This document shows, piece after piece, positions 38,501-46,946 of a DNA stretch of 64,000 nucleotides. This stretch comes from Alphaproteobacteria bacterium. Lineage in GTDB: Bacteria; Pseudomonadota; Alphaproteobacteria; CALKHQ01. The stretch covers positions 1,696,001 through 1,760,000 of the forward strand of contig CBDDFZ010000001.1 of the NCBI GenBank assembly GCA_965227515.1, written 5' to 3'. The notes beneath the pieces are model-generated. The model saw only the letters and a list, made by a program, of their open reading frames with translations, did no database searches and was not told where the DNA came from. The first letter of the stretch is position 1, and every line of letters begins with the position of its first letter. The translations under genes were made by a program, and so were the position numbers.

Positions 38501-38952
38501 CCACCGTGGTCTATGGCGACGCGCATTTCGATGGCGCTGCCGCGCGCCTGTTCCGCCCTGATATCTCCGGAAAGAGCGACGACCGCAACGCGCTGACCGT
38601 GCCGGTGCCAGGCCAGGGCTATGTGCGGATGGACGGCCAGCGGGTGTTCCGCGAGGCGGTGCGCGCCATGGTCGGCAGCCTGAACCGGGTCTGCGCCGGC
38701 CAGGGGCTGGGGCTCGGCGACCTGGACATGGTGGTGCCGCACCAGGCCAACCAGCGCATCATCGACGCCATCGCGCAGCGCACCGGCGCCAACGCCTATT
38801 CCAACATCAAGCATTTCGGCAACACGTCGTCGACCAGCATTCCGTTGTGCCTGGCCGAGGTGCTGCCCGACGCGCCGGCCGGCCAGCGGCTGGGCCTGTG
38901 CGCCTTCGGCGGCGGCTATACCTACGCGGCCGCGGTGCTGGAAACCGTCTAG
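35521..38952 (+). CDS. Fusion protein: 2-oxoacid dehydrogenase E1alpha + E1beta + lipoyl domain + beta-ketoacyl synthase III
   Basis: HYRD and ThDP motif GDGTTQEGEF...EDNGWAIS; GEDI...VFGVTKGL and PLTESTIVG (E1beta); lipoyl LEAIKSVFEL; KAS III triad NAACSG, PHQAN, GNTSS, all in one ORF. Confidence 0.92.
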   Translation: MNKQVTTKRGRLNIAEGSAPTQPDAQELSHLYRAMLTAREIDRVEDVATRRGEAFFHVSGKGHEGSAALALHLTNDDWLHCHYRDKALMVARGITARAFFDGFYCKDASHSRGRQMSAHMCDASLRVASVSGPVGNGALHAVGMALAGKDMETRPIVLFSCGDGTTQEGEFLESCAEAARAEAPVLFFVEDNGWAISTPTAGKTFYALHAQRPDAFHGIPIHRIDGRDAIQAWRELGPIVARMRRTRQPAIVVFQVARIANHTNADDQSIYRDAADIKLAEETCDPIPILEDQLLDMGWSAADLAAAKDEIARQVAEADEAAAFGPDPEPMLTADVAPSAAVAEALQPGRARKPAAAPAPAAVPNTPQTMGEAIRAVLRGRLADDPRVYLWGEDIEDPKGDVFGVTKGLSTQFPKRVVNAPLTESTIVGVAIGRAMAGERPVAFLQFADFLPLAYNQIVSELGSMAWRTDGALTAPVIIMVPCGGYRPGLGPFHASSFESLMTHTPGIDVVMPSTAEDAAGLLNAAFESTRPTVFFYPKSCLNDPRGAMTGDAGQVRLTPGSARKVLSGRDLTMVGWGNTVRLCEQAAEALEKAGVEAEVLDLRSLGPWDKRAVLSSAETSGRLLVVHEDNHTNGFGAEILATVGEQCRTHVAMRRVTRPDTYVPCNFANQIEVLPSFKRVLETAADMLDIDVEWTPPPAAEEGIVLVEAIGSGPTDETVDVVELMVEVGQTVERGEEIAALEAIKSVFELTSPASGVIEEIVVGIGETVPVGAPLMKIRTDDTTQRAKPLTHEAPGTPTLTRRAKPAAPAVAGRGEGAAAQPAGTLRVGLSQVATVTGSRVVPNEELVQGRTDDTYRDAEKLTGIRARHWAAEGETVLSLGVRAVRAALEANGLTADDLDLVICSTTTPDQVTPSVAYRILRDVAGERGNPAVAAYDINAACSGYLYALQAAHDFLQNQPQGRVLVVTAEVLSRLLDRDDPSTVLVFGDAASATVVYGDAHFDGAAARLFRPDISGKSDDRNALTVPVPGQGYVRMDGQRVFREAVRAMVGSLNRVCAGQGLGLGDLDMVVPHQANQRIIDAIAQRTGANAYSNIKHFGNTSSTSIPLCLAEVLPDAPAGQRLGLCAFGGGYTYAAAVLETV

Positions 38953-38971
38953 CCGGCATGGTGGCGGCAGG

Positions 38972-39427
38972 ATGACGGTCCGACGCCGGTCTCTTGCACT
39001 CACCGCTCTGATCGTCGGCGTGCTCGGCGGTCCGTCGTTGAGCGCGGCCGGCGACATTCAAGGGTCCTACTGCGGGCACATTTTCTCGGCCGGCGCCAAC
39101 GAGGCCGGCTACACCCGTTTCGTCACCGACAAGGGCGTGATCACGGGGGCCTATTCGTTTGTCGACAGCGTCCAGGGTGGCGTCATCGAGCGCGGCAGCC
39201 TTACCGATTGCGCGCTCGATCCCGACGATCCATCCATGATTGCGTGCACGTGGGCCGATGCCTTCGGCGAGGGGCGGTTCGAGGCGCAGTTTTCCCCTGA
39301 TGGCGCACGTTTTCGCGGCCATTGGTCCCCGGAAGCCGAACCGGCGCTGATCTTTCCCTGGACGGGCGAGCGCCTTGGTGCGGACGTGTCCGAGGAAAGC
39401 TGCATCGGCTCGGACGCCTATTCCTGA
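38972..39427 (+). CDS. Secreted hypothetical protein
   Basis: Signal peptide, four Cys, WADAFGEGRF...FRGHW beta-barrel-like motif. Confidence 0.65.
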   Translation: MTVRRRSLALTALIVGVLGGPSLSAAGDIQGSYCGHIFSAGANEAGYTRFVTDKGVITGAYSFVDSVQGGVIERGSLTDCALDPDDPSMIACTWADAFGEGRFEAQFSPDGARFRGHWSPEAEPALIFPWTGERLGADVSEESCIGSDAYS

Positions 39428-39434
39428 CGGCGCG

Positions 39435-40238
39435 CTATTCCGATCCGCGGGCTGAGATGCCGCCGTCCACCGGCAGGCAGGCGCCGGTGATGTAGCTGGC
39501 CTCGTCGGACGCCAGGAACAGGATCGCGGCAGCAATCTCGCGCGGCCTTGCCTGCCGCTTCATCAGGCCCGGCCCGCCCTCGTACGGGCGTTCGGTGACG
39601 GCAGGGTCGATGGGCGCGCCGCGTGCCGCCGCCCGCTTCAGGTGGAACTCTGTCAGGGTGGCGCCCGGCAGCACGGCGTTGACCCGGATGCCGGCTTCGG
39701 CATGGTCGCAGGCCAGCGAGCGGGTCATGCCGAGCATGCCGGCCTTCATGGTGTCGTATTGCAGCATGCCCGGGCGGCCCGACTGCGCGTGCACCGACGA
39801 GACGTTGACGATGGTGCCGCCGGCCGGCATCAGCGGAATGACGTGCTTCGCGGCCAGCGCGGCGCCGCGCAAGTTGACGGCGTAGATCGCATCCCAGCTT
39901 GCCTGGTCCGCCTCGGTCACCGGGCCATAGGCGCGGATGCCGGCGTTGTTGACCAGCACGTCGACCCGGCCGTGGCGCTCCGCGCATTGGTCGGCGAGCG
40001 CTTCGATCGCGGCCTCGTCCGCGACATCGACCTCCGCCGGCCAGACGCGCGCGCCAACGTCTTCGCCCACGGCCGCGCCGCACTCGTGGGCAATCGTCTC
40101 AGCCGTTTCTTGTGCGTCGCTGAAGTAACGATCGACCAGAACGACCGTCGCCCCCTCGGCCGCGAACATCATCGCTGTCGCCCGGCCAATCCCCGCGCCG
40201 GCGCCTGTTACAACCGCAATCCTGCCGTCCAGCTTCAT
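39435..40238 (-). CDS. SDR-family oxidoreductase
   Basis: TGAGAGIG, NNAG, NVSS, YDTMK (YxxxK), RVNAVLPG. Confidence 0.92.
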   Translation of the reverse strand: MKLDGRIAVVTGAGAGIGRATAMMFAAEGATVVLVDRYFSDAQETAETIAHECGAAVGEDVGARVWPAEVDVADEAAIEALADQCAERHGRVDVLVNNAGIRAYGPVTEADQASWDAIYAVNLRGAALAAKHVIPLMPAGGTIVNVSSVHAQSGRPGMLQYDTMKAGMLGMTRSLACDHAEAGIRVNAVLPGATLTEFHLKRAAARGAPIDPAVTERPYEGGPGLMKRQARPREIAAAILFLASDEASYITGACLPVDGGISARGSE

Positions 40239-40353
40239 CAATTGCCTCGCTCTTTCTGTCCTTCGATGGCGTTCGGATAACTTCCGATCATTTGACATTC
40301 TTTCTTGGCCGTGCCTACGCTCGATCATCGGGTTTGCAGAAGGCGTTCCCCCA

Positions 40354-40926
40354 ATGGCCGACTTCCCGATTCCGATTGGCGTGGACCGCATGCTACGCGA
40401 CATCGCGGAGGGCATAGGCGGCGCCGCGCGCATACTCCCCACGGTATCCCGGTCCGAGGTCGGAGCGGTTGCCATGCGCCGCGCCACGGTCGCCATCGAC
40501 TTCGAGCTTAGCAGCGCCGCAAAGCGGACAGATGACAGCATCGGTCTGGGCGCAAAGACCTTCCTGTTCGGTTTCGGTGCGTCGACGGAAACGACCGAGA
40601 CGAAGGTGCTGAACCACGGCCGGATCGAGATGGAGATCGTCGCCATCGTCGAACCGGAGGAGGGTGAGCGACCGAAGACCGCCACGCCGGCTCAACCCGG
40701 CCCGCCCGTGAAGGCGCCAACTCCCCTGAGCGCAGATCAGATTCGCCAGGCCCTGGCGATAATCCAGGGGGAACTCCACAACCTTCCCCTGGACGAGGAG
40801 GCACGCGGGAAAATCGAGGCCAAGATCGCGGAAATACACGCTGCGATATCGGCTGGCGACCTGCACCTCGCCAATGAATTGCTGCAATATATCAAGGACA
40901 TTGTGCAGGAAGTCCTGAACCCCTGA
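40354..40926 (+). CDS. Hypothetical protein 1 of three-gene cluster
   Basis: GAAGG RBS; helix, then long alternating beta-hairpin, Pro-rich linker and helical tail. Confidence 0.7.
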   Translation: MADFPIPIGVDRMLRDIAEGIGGAARILPTVSRSEVGAVAMRRATVAIDFELSSAAKRTDDSIGLGAKTFLFGFGASTETTETKVLNHGRIEMEIVAIVEPEEGERPKTATPAQPGPPVKAPTPLSADQIRQALAIIQGELHNLPLDEEARGKIEAKIAEIHAAISAGDLHLANELLQYIKDIVQEVLNP

Positions 40927-40955
40927 GCCGCGCCCCCGCCATATGAGAGGCTGTC

Positions 40956-41384
40956 ATGCCTGACGTTGAAATGAGCCTGGAGGATTTGTTGGACGAATAT
41001 GTGGGCCCGATCATTGGGGACGGCGTCCTGGTGACGGTGAAGAACATGATCAACGAAAATCTGCTGGACACAAAGGTCAAGATCCCCATTCCCAGCGATA
41101 TCATCGACAGCCTGACGGGTGGCGGAGGCGATGACAGTGGGGGCGACGACGGTGGATGGCAGTCGAACAACCTGCCGCCAATTCCGCCCCTGGTGCCGAT
41201 CGAGCCCAAGGCTGCGATGAACGCGATCGCGGCCGCCGTGCGCGATGCCGAGAAGATACTGAACATGGAGAACCTGGCCATCGGCGGGGCGGGCATCGAC
41301 GTGTCGCTGGTCGTTGATGTGGCCGGGGTCGCCGGCGCCAACGCCAACTTCAAGATCACCATCGGGCCGACCCCCAGGCCCTGA
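40956..41384 (+). CDS. Hypothetical protein 2 of three-gene cluster
   Basis: GAGAGG RBS; acidic N-region, Gly/Asp linker, C-terminal helix plus beta-hairpin. Confidence 0.7.
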   Translation: MPDVEMSLEDLLDEYVGPIIGDGVLVTVKNMINENLLDTKVKIPIPSDIIDSLTGGGGDDSGGDDGGWQSNNLPPIPPLVPIEPKAAMNAIAAAVRDAEKILNMENLAIGGAGIDVSLVVDVAGVAGANANFKITIGPTPRP

Positions 41385-41411
41385 ACCGGTTTTCAGTCAG
41401 GAGATAGCGAC

Positions 41412-41864
41412 ATGGCTTTCAGCACTGCGATTTCAGTTGGCGCGTTCTCGGTCGTCCTGGCGGAGACGTTCGCCGCGGTGGCCGCTTCGACCCTGGTGCC
41501 GGCCACCTTCCTGGCCGTCGTGCGCGCCGCCAAGAAGGCCAATGCCCCCGACGACGAGGTCAATGCCGCCGACATGCTGATCGACCGGATGTCCGGCGTG
41601 AAAGAGACGGTGAAGGCAGTGCAGACCGCCGCCGATTCCATCGACGAGATCGACCTGCTGGTGCCGAGGACAGCCAAGATCAACGCCCAGTTCGCGTTCG
41701 AGGCGTCGGAGTCCTATGCCGGCAGCGCGGCGGTGGGCGGCATGGTTAATGTGGTCGCGGTGGCGGCCGGCTATTCGGCGCTCTATGAGACCTCGTCGGC
41801 CAACAAGATTACCCTCGACGTCGAGTTCGCCGCGGTCAACTACACGCTCAGCGAAGCTGACTGA
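41412..41864 (+). CDS. Hypothetical protein 3 of three-gene cluster
   Basis: AGGAG RBS; helix, then long alternating beta-hairpin ending KITLDVEF. Confidence 0.75.
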   Translation: MAFSTAISVGAFSVVLAETFAAVAASTLVPATFLAVVRAAKKANAPDDEVNAADMLIDRMSGVKETVKAVQTAADSIDEIDLLVPRTAKINAQFAFEASESYAGSAAVGGMVNVVAVAAGYSALYETSSANKITLDVEFAAVNYTLSEAD

Positions 41865-41930
41865 ACTCCTGAGGCCGTATCGGGGCGGAGCCACCGCCAA
41901 TAGATGCACGCCTGAAACCGATGCAGCCGC

Positions 41931-42572
41931 TCAATCCTGGCGGTCGTTCGCCGCGCCCAACCGATTGAATTGGGCAATGACGGCGGCCGCGTCGCTGATG
42001 TCGGCATAGCGCCGCTCGACATCGCGCAGGTTGGCGAGGTGCGGCTCCTCCTCATGGTCGCCCACGCAGTCGCGGGCAACGATGGTGCGGAAGCCGAGGC
42101 TGAAGCTGTCGTTGATCGACGCGCGCACGCAGCCCGAGGTGATGCAGCCGGTCACGATCACCGTGTCGACGCACTGCCTGACGAAATACTGGGCGACCGG
42201 CGTGTTGAAGAAGATCGACGGCGCGGTCTTGGTGATGACAATATCGGGGCCGGCGGCGGCGATGCGCGGATCGAGCTCGACCGACGCGTGGCCGACGATC
42301 ATCTCCTCGCGCAGCGGCGCAATCTTCCAGTAGGGCATGGCATCGTGGCTGCCATAGCCCATGACGCAGGCGGCCACCGGCACGCGCGCCGCACGGGCGG
42401 CCCGGATCACATCCACCGTGCGCTCGACGGCGGCATCGATCATCGGCGCGCCGCCCATGCGAAAGGCGGGGTCGGTGAAGCCGCGCTGGAAATCGACGAC
42501 CACCACGCCCGGGCGCTTGCCCCAGCCGATCTCGCCCTCACCGTATCCGCGGTCCCGATAGTCCATGGTCAT
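41931..42572 (-). CDS. Isochorismatase-family cysteine hydrolase (N-carbamoylsarcosine amidase / maleamate amidase-like)
   Basis: VVDFQRGF (Asp), TKTAPSIFF (Lys), GCITSGCVRAS (Cys). Confidence 0.9.
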   Translation of the reverse strand: MTMDYRDRGYGEGEIGWGKRPGVVVVDFQRGFTDPAFRMGGAPMIDAAVERTVDVIRAARAARVPVAACVMGYGSHDAMPYWKIAPLREEMIVGHASVELDPRIAAAGPDIVITKTAPSIFFNTPVAQYFVRQCVDTVIVTGCITSGCVRASINDSFSLGFRTIVARDCVGDHEEEPHLANLRDVERRYADISDAAAVIAQFNRLGAANDRQD

Positions 42573-42673
42573 TCCCTGCTTGCATCCTCGTGGTGGGCAT
42601 TGAAGCATGGTCAGCAAATTGCAAGGACCGTCAAGCCGCTACCGGGCCGGCAGCAGGGGGGACGCACCGAGCC

Positions 42674-44749
42674 ATGAGCTACCGCATTTCCGTCGACACC
42701 GGCGGCACGTTCACCGACATGGTGCTGTTGGATGCCGACGGCGGGTTTCATGTCGGCAAGGCGCTGACCACGCCCGAGCGCATCTCGCAGGGCATGTTCG
42801 CCGCACTCGATGTGGTGGCGGGCGCGGTCGGGCGCACGCCGGCCGAGGTGCTGGCCGACACCGAGATCCTGATCTACGGCACGACGCGGGCGACCAACGC
42901 CATCGTCACCCGGCAGACCGCGCGCTGCGCCTTCCTGACCACGGCGGGCTTCCGCGACGTGCTGGTGTTCAAGGAAGGCGGCAAGCACGGCCCGCACGAC
43001 TACAGCTACGACTATCCGCAGCCCTACATTCCGCGCCGCCACACGTTCGAGATCGAGGAGCGGATCGGCAGCGCCGGCGAGATCCTGCGTGCGCTTGACG
43101 AGGCCCAGGTGCGCGAGGTGCTGGAGACGCTGAAGGCGCGCAAGTTCGAGGCGGTTGCGGTGTCGCTGTTGTGGTCGATCGCCAACAGTGCCCACGAAGA
43201 GGCCATCGGCGGCATGATCGAGCAGGTGCTGCCCGGCGTGCCCTACACGTTGTCGCACCGGCTGGCGCCCATTCTGCGCGAGTATCGCCGAGCGTCCGCG
43301 ACCGCCATCGACGCGTCGCTGAAGCCGCTGATGCAGGCGCACCTGGTCGGCATGAAGGCGGACCTGCAGGACGCGGGCTTCGGTGGCGACCTGTTGATCT
43401 CGACCTCGGTCGGGGGCTGCCAGGAGGTGGAGTCGCTGGTCGAGCGGCCGATCAACACCTTGAAGTCCGGGCCGGCGATGGCGCCGGTCGCCGGGCGGGC
43501 CTACAGCGATGTGGAGAACATGGGCGGCGACGCCATCGTCTGCGACACCGGCGGCACCACGTTCGACGTCGGCCTGGTGCGCGACGGGCAGCTCGTCTAC
43601 TCGCGCGACAGCTGGCTCGGGCCGCGCTGGCTGGGCGATATCATCGGGGCGTCGACCGTGGACGTGCGCTCCATCGGTGCCGGCGGCGGCTCGATTGCCT
43701 GGATCGACCCGGGCGGCCTGCTCCGCGTCGGCCCGCAGTCGGCCGGATCGGTGCCCGGCCCGGCCTGTTATGGCGGGGGCGGCGACCAGCCGACCGTCAC
43801 CGACGCGGCCCTGGTTTTGGGCTACATCGACCCGGACTATTTCAACGGCGGGCGGATCGCGCTGGACCCGGCGGCGGCCGAGCGGGTGGTCGCCGGGCTG
43901 GCCGCCGACCTCGGCAAGGGTGTCGACGAGACTGCACACGCGATCATGGTCATCGCCAACGAACTGATGATCAAGGCGATTGGCGAGATCACCGTCAACG
44001 ACGGCCTGAACCCGCGCGAGAGCGTGATCGTCGCCGGTGGCGGGGCGGCCGGCTTCAACATCATGCCTATTGCGCGCGAACTGGGCTGCGCGACGGTCAT
44101 CCTGCCCCGGACCGCTTCCGCGCTGTCGGCCTGCGGCATGCACTACTCGTCCATCGTGTTCGAGGCGACACGCAGCCGGTTCGTCGATACCAACGCCTTC
44201 GACATCGCGGCGGTCAACACGGCGCTGGACGAGATCGAGGCCGAGCTGATGGCGTTTCGCGACAGCCTGGCGATCTCAGCGACCGCGGCGGTCACGGTCG
44301 AGTTCTTCGTCGAGGCGCGCTACCGGGCGCAGGTCTGGGAACTGGATACGGCCCTGCCCAAGCCGCGGTTCGAGGGCGACGGGGACGTTGCCGGGTTGGT
44401 CGAGGCGTTCCACCGCACCCACGACCGGGTCTATGCCGTGCGCGACGAGGCGAGCCCGGTCGAGTGCGTCAACTGGAAAGGCCGCATCTCGATCAGGCCC
44501 TTCGAGCCGCCACCCGCCCCGGCGCCGGCGGATGACCGCTACCGGCCGCAGGCCGAGACCGACCGGGCGTGCTACTTTGGCGATGGCGCGCGCACCGCGA
44601 CGCCGATTTTTCGCGGCGAGGCGCTGCGCGCCGGCGCCGATATCGCGGGCCCGGCGATCATCGAGGAACCGACCACGACCATCGTGGTCTACCCCGGCAT
44701 GACCGCGACCCTGAGTGCGGCGGGCAACTACATTCTCGATTGCCGGTAA
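42674..44749 (+). CDS. hyuA: Hydantoinase A / oxoprolinase ATP-binding subunit
   Basis: VDTGGTFTD, GTTRATNA, SGPA, DTGGTTFDV, IGAGGGSI, GPQSAGSVPGPACY. Confidence 0.9.
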   Translation: MSYRISVDTGGTFTDMVLLDADGGFHVGKALTTPERISQGMFAALDVVAGAVGRTPAEVLADTEILIYGTTRATNAIVTRQTARCAFLTTAGFRDVLVFKEGGKHGPHDYSYDYPQPYIPRRHTFEIEERIGSAGEILRALDEAQVREVLETLKARKFEAVAVSLLWSIANSAHEEAIGGMIEQVLPGVPYTLSHRLAPILREYRRASATAIDASLKPLMQAHLVGMKADLQDAGFGGDLLISTSVGGCQEVESLVERPINTLKSGPAMAPVAGRAYSDVENMGGDAIVCDTGGTTFDVGLVRDGQLVYSRDSWLGPRWLGDIIGASTVDVRSIGAGGGSIAWIDPGGLLRVGPQSAGSVPGPACYGGGGDQPTVTDAALVLGYIDPDYFNGGRIALDPAAAERVVAGLAADLGKGVDETAHAIMVIANELMIKAIGEITVNDGLNPRESVIVAGGGAAGFNIMPIARELGCATVILPRTASALSACGMHYSSIVFEATRSRFVDTNAFDIAAVNTALDEIEAELMAFRDSLAISATAAVTVEFFVEARYRAQVWELDTALPKPRFEGDGDVAGLVEAFHRTHDRVYAVRDEASPVECVNWKGRISIRPFEPPPAPAPADDRYRPQAETDRACYFGDGARTATPIFRGEALRAGADIAGPAIIEEPTTTIVVYPGMTATLSAAGNYILDCR

Positions 44750-44761
44750 TTGGAGGCTCGG

Positions 44762-46576
44762 ATGACTGATCCGCAGACCACGTTCGACCCGGTGCTGATG
44801 TCGGTGATGGCCAACCGGCTGGACGGCATCGTGCGCGAGATGACCAACACGCTGCTGCGCTCGGCCCGCTCGGCGGTGATCTCGTCGGCGCGTGACTTCT
44901 CGTGCTGCCTGGTGACCGGCGACGACAAGCTGCTGGCCTCCGCCGAGGGGCTGCCGGTGCACATCTTCGGCTGCCACATCCAGACCGCCAACATGCGCCG
45001 CTATCACGGCGACGATATCAAGCGTGGCGATGCCTATCTGGACAACGACCCCTATGGCGGCAACACCCACCCGGCCGACCACACCTTCATGGTGCCGGTG
45101 TTCATCGAGGGCGAGCACCTGTTCACCGCGGTCGCGAAATGCCACATGGCCGATATCGGCAACTCGATCCCGTCCAGCTACTACGTGCGCGCCCGCGATG
45201 TGTACGAGGAGGGCGCGCTGATCTTCCCCGGCGTGCGCATCCAGCGCGACTTCAAGAACGTCGAGGACATCATGCGCATGTGCCGGGCGCGCATCCGGGT
45301 GCCCGACCAGTGGTATGGCGACTATCTCGCCGGCCTCGGCTCGGCGCGCATTGCCGAGCGGCGGCTGGAAGCCTTCTGCGAGAAGTATGGCCGCGAGACG
45401 GTGAAGGCGTTCATGGCCGAGTGGCTGAACTATTCGGAGCGGCGGATGATCGACAACATCCGCCGGCTGCCCAAGGCCAGGCTCGTCAACAAGGGCCGGT
45501 CGGACCCGCTGGAGGGCGTGCTGCCGGACGGGCTGGAGCTGACGGTCAAGATCGACATCGACCCGGATGACGCGCGCATCCACATCGACCTGTCGGACAA
45601 TCCGCCCTCGGTCGACGCCGGGCTGAACACCTCGCTTGGGGCCGCGACCTCGGCCGTGGTCGGCGCGGTGTTCAACGCGCTGGACAAGGATCTGCCGCGC
45701 AACGAAGGCGCGTTCCGCCGGCTGGACTTCACCTATGCCGAGGACAGCGTGGTGGGGGCGCCGAAGTTCCCGCACTCGTGCTCGGTGGCGACCACCAATG
45801 TCGCCGAGCGGCTGGTCAACATCACCCAGTCAGCCTTTGCCCAGCTCGGCGACGGGATGGGCCTGTCGGAAGGGGGCGCCGGCCTGGGCGCCGGCATGGC
45901 GGTGATCTCCGGCCACGACCCGCGGCGCAACGATCAGGCCTATGTCAATCGCCTGATGCTGTCGACCAATGGCGGGCCGGCCAGCCCCGAGGCCGACGGT
46001 TGGGTCAACTATGCGATCCCGGTCATCGCCGGCCTGATGTACCGCGACTCCGTCGAGGTCGACGAGCTGAAGCATCCGATCCGGGTGCAGTCGCTGAGCC
46101 TGGTGACCGACAGCGCCGGCGCCGGCCGCCACCGGGGCGCGCCCGCGCAGCAGATCGAGTACGGCCCGACCGACGGCAGCATGACCGCGATCATCTCCTG
46201 CGACGGCCAGCATGCGGCGCCGCGCGGTGTCGCTGGCGGCCAGGCCGGCAGCGCCGGCGAGACCTGGCTAGTCGAGGATGGCGCGCAGCCGAGCCGGCTG
46301 CCCAATGTGGCGCGGGTCACCCTGGAGCCCGGCCAGCGCATTCGCGGCCGCGACTCCGCCGGCGGTGGGTACGGCGATCCGCTCGACCGCGCGCCCGACC
46401 GGGTGCTGCTGGACGTGATGGAGGGCTGGGAAACGGCCGACAAGGCGCGCGACGTCTATGGCGTGGTGCTCAGCGGCGCCATCGAGGACGAGACGCTGGC
46501 CGTGGACCTCGCGGCCACCGCCGCACAACGCGAGGCCCTGCGCGCCAGCCGCGACGGCAGCGGCGGTCGGCTGTAG
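44762..46576 (+). CDS. hyuB: Hydantoinase B / oxoprolinase subunit
   Basis: ARDFSC, NDPYGGNTHPAD, HMADIG, DSAGAGRHRG, GGGYGDP. Confidence 0.9.
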   Translation: MTDPQTTFDPVLMSVMANRLDGIVREMTNTLLRSARSAVISSARDFSCCLVTGDDKLLASAEGLPVHIFGCHIQTANMRRYHGDDIKRGDAYLDNDPYGGNTHPADHTFMVPVFIEGEHLFTAVAKCHMADIGNSIPSSYYVRARDVYEEGALIFPGVRIQRDFKNVEDIMRMCRARIRVPDQWYGDYLAGLGSARIAERRLEAFCEKYGRETVKAFMAEWLNYSERRMIDNIRRLPKARLVNKGRSDPLEGVLPDGLELTVKIDIDPDDARIHIDLSDNPPSVDAGLNTSLGAATSAVVGAVFNALDKDLPRNEGAFRRLDFTYAEDSVVGAPKFPHSCSVATTNVAERLVNITQSAFAQLGDGMGLSEGGAGLGAGMAVISGHDPRRNDQAYVNRLMLSTNGGPASPEADGWVNYAIPVIAGLMYRDSVEVDELKHPIRVQSLSLVTDSAGAGRHRGAPAQQIEYGPTDGSMTAIISCDGQHAAPRGVAGGQAGSAGETWLVEDGAQPSRLPNVARVTLEPGQRIRGRDSAGGGYGDPLDRAPDRVLLDVMEGWETADKARDVYGVVLSGAIEDETLAVDLAATAAQREALRASRDGSGGRL

Positions 46577-46725
46577 CCGCTGGCGCACACCACACTGAAG
46601 TGACGGTCGAGGAAGGCCTAGGCGATCTGCCGGCCCGACCGCACCAGCGGGTGCGACAGGTCGATGATCTCATCGAGCGGCGGGCGGAACAGATCGACCT
46701 GGCGGTCGTCGCGCGGCCTGCTCAT
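46546..46725 (-). pseudogene. IS5-family transposase N-terminal remnant with internal stop
   Basis: Minus strand reads MSRPRDDRQVDLFRPPLDEIIDLSHPLVRSGRQIA*AFLDRHFSVVCASGYSRPPLPSRL, matching the IS5 N-terminal pattern DLFR..L..IID..HPLV.L...IDW......GRPPLPTRL (Trp replaced by TAG). Confidence 0.8.
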
Positions 46726-46946
46726 GGGTCGGATCCTCAACGCCGAATGCTGCAACGTGGGCTCAACGCCCTGTGAAATCAATGGGTGATATTAATGGCT
46801 TGGCAAGAGCTCACCGGCGCCTATCGAGAGCATATCGTCAAAGAGGTTTTAGTATTTATGTGCGGGCGCTGAGATGTTTTATGTGTTTTTTTGAAGATCT
46901 TTCGTGCCATAAATAAACTCTAAAAGTGTATTGCTCGTCAAGTGTG

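Noticed and set aside
1767-46776. Numerous long Arg/Ala/Pro-rich overlapping ORFs in the track
   Set aside because: These are typical high-GC shadow ORFs overlapping well-supported genes, with no motifs.
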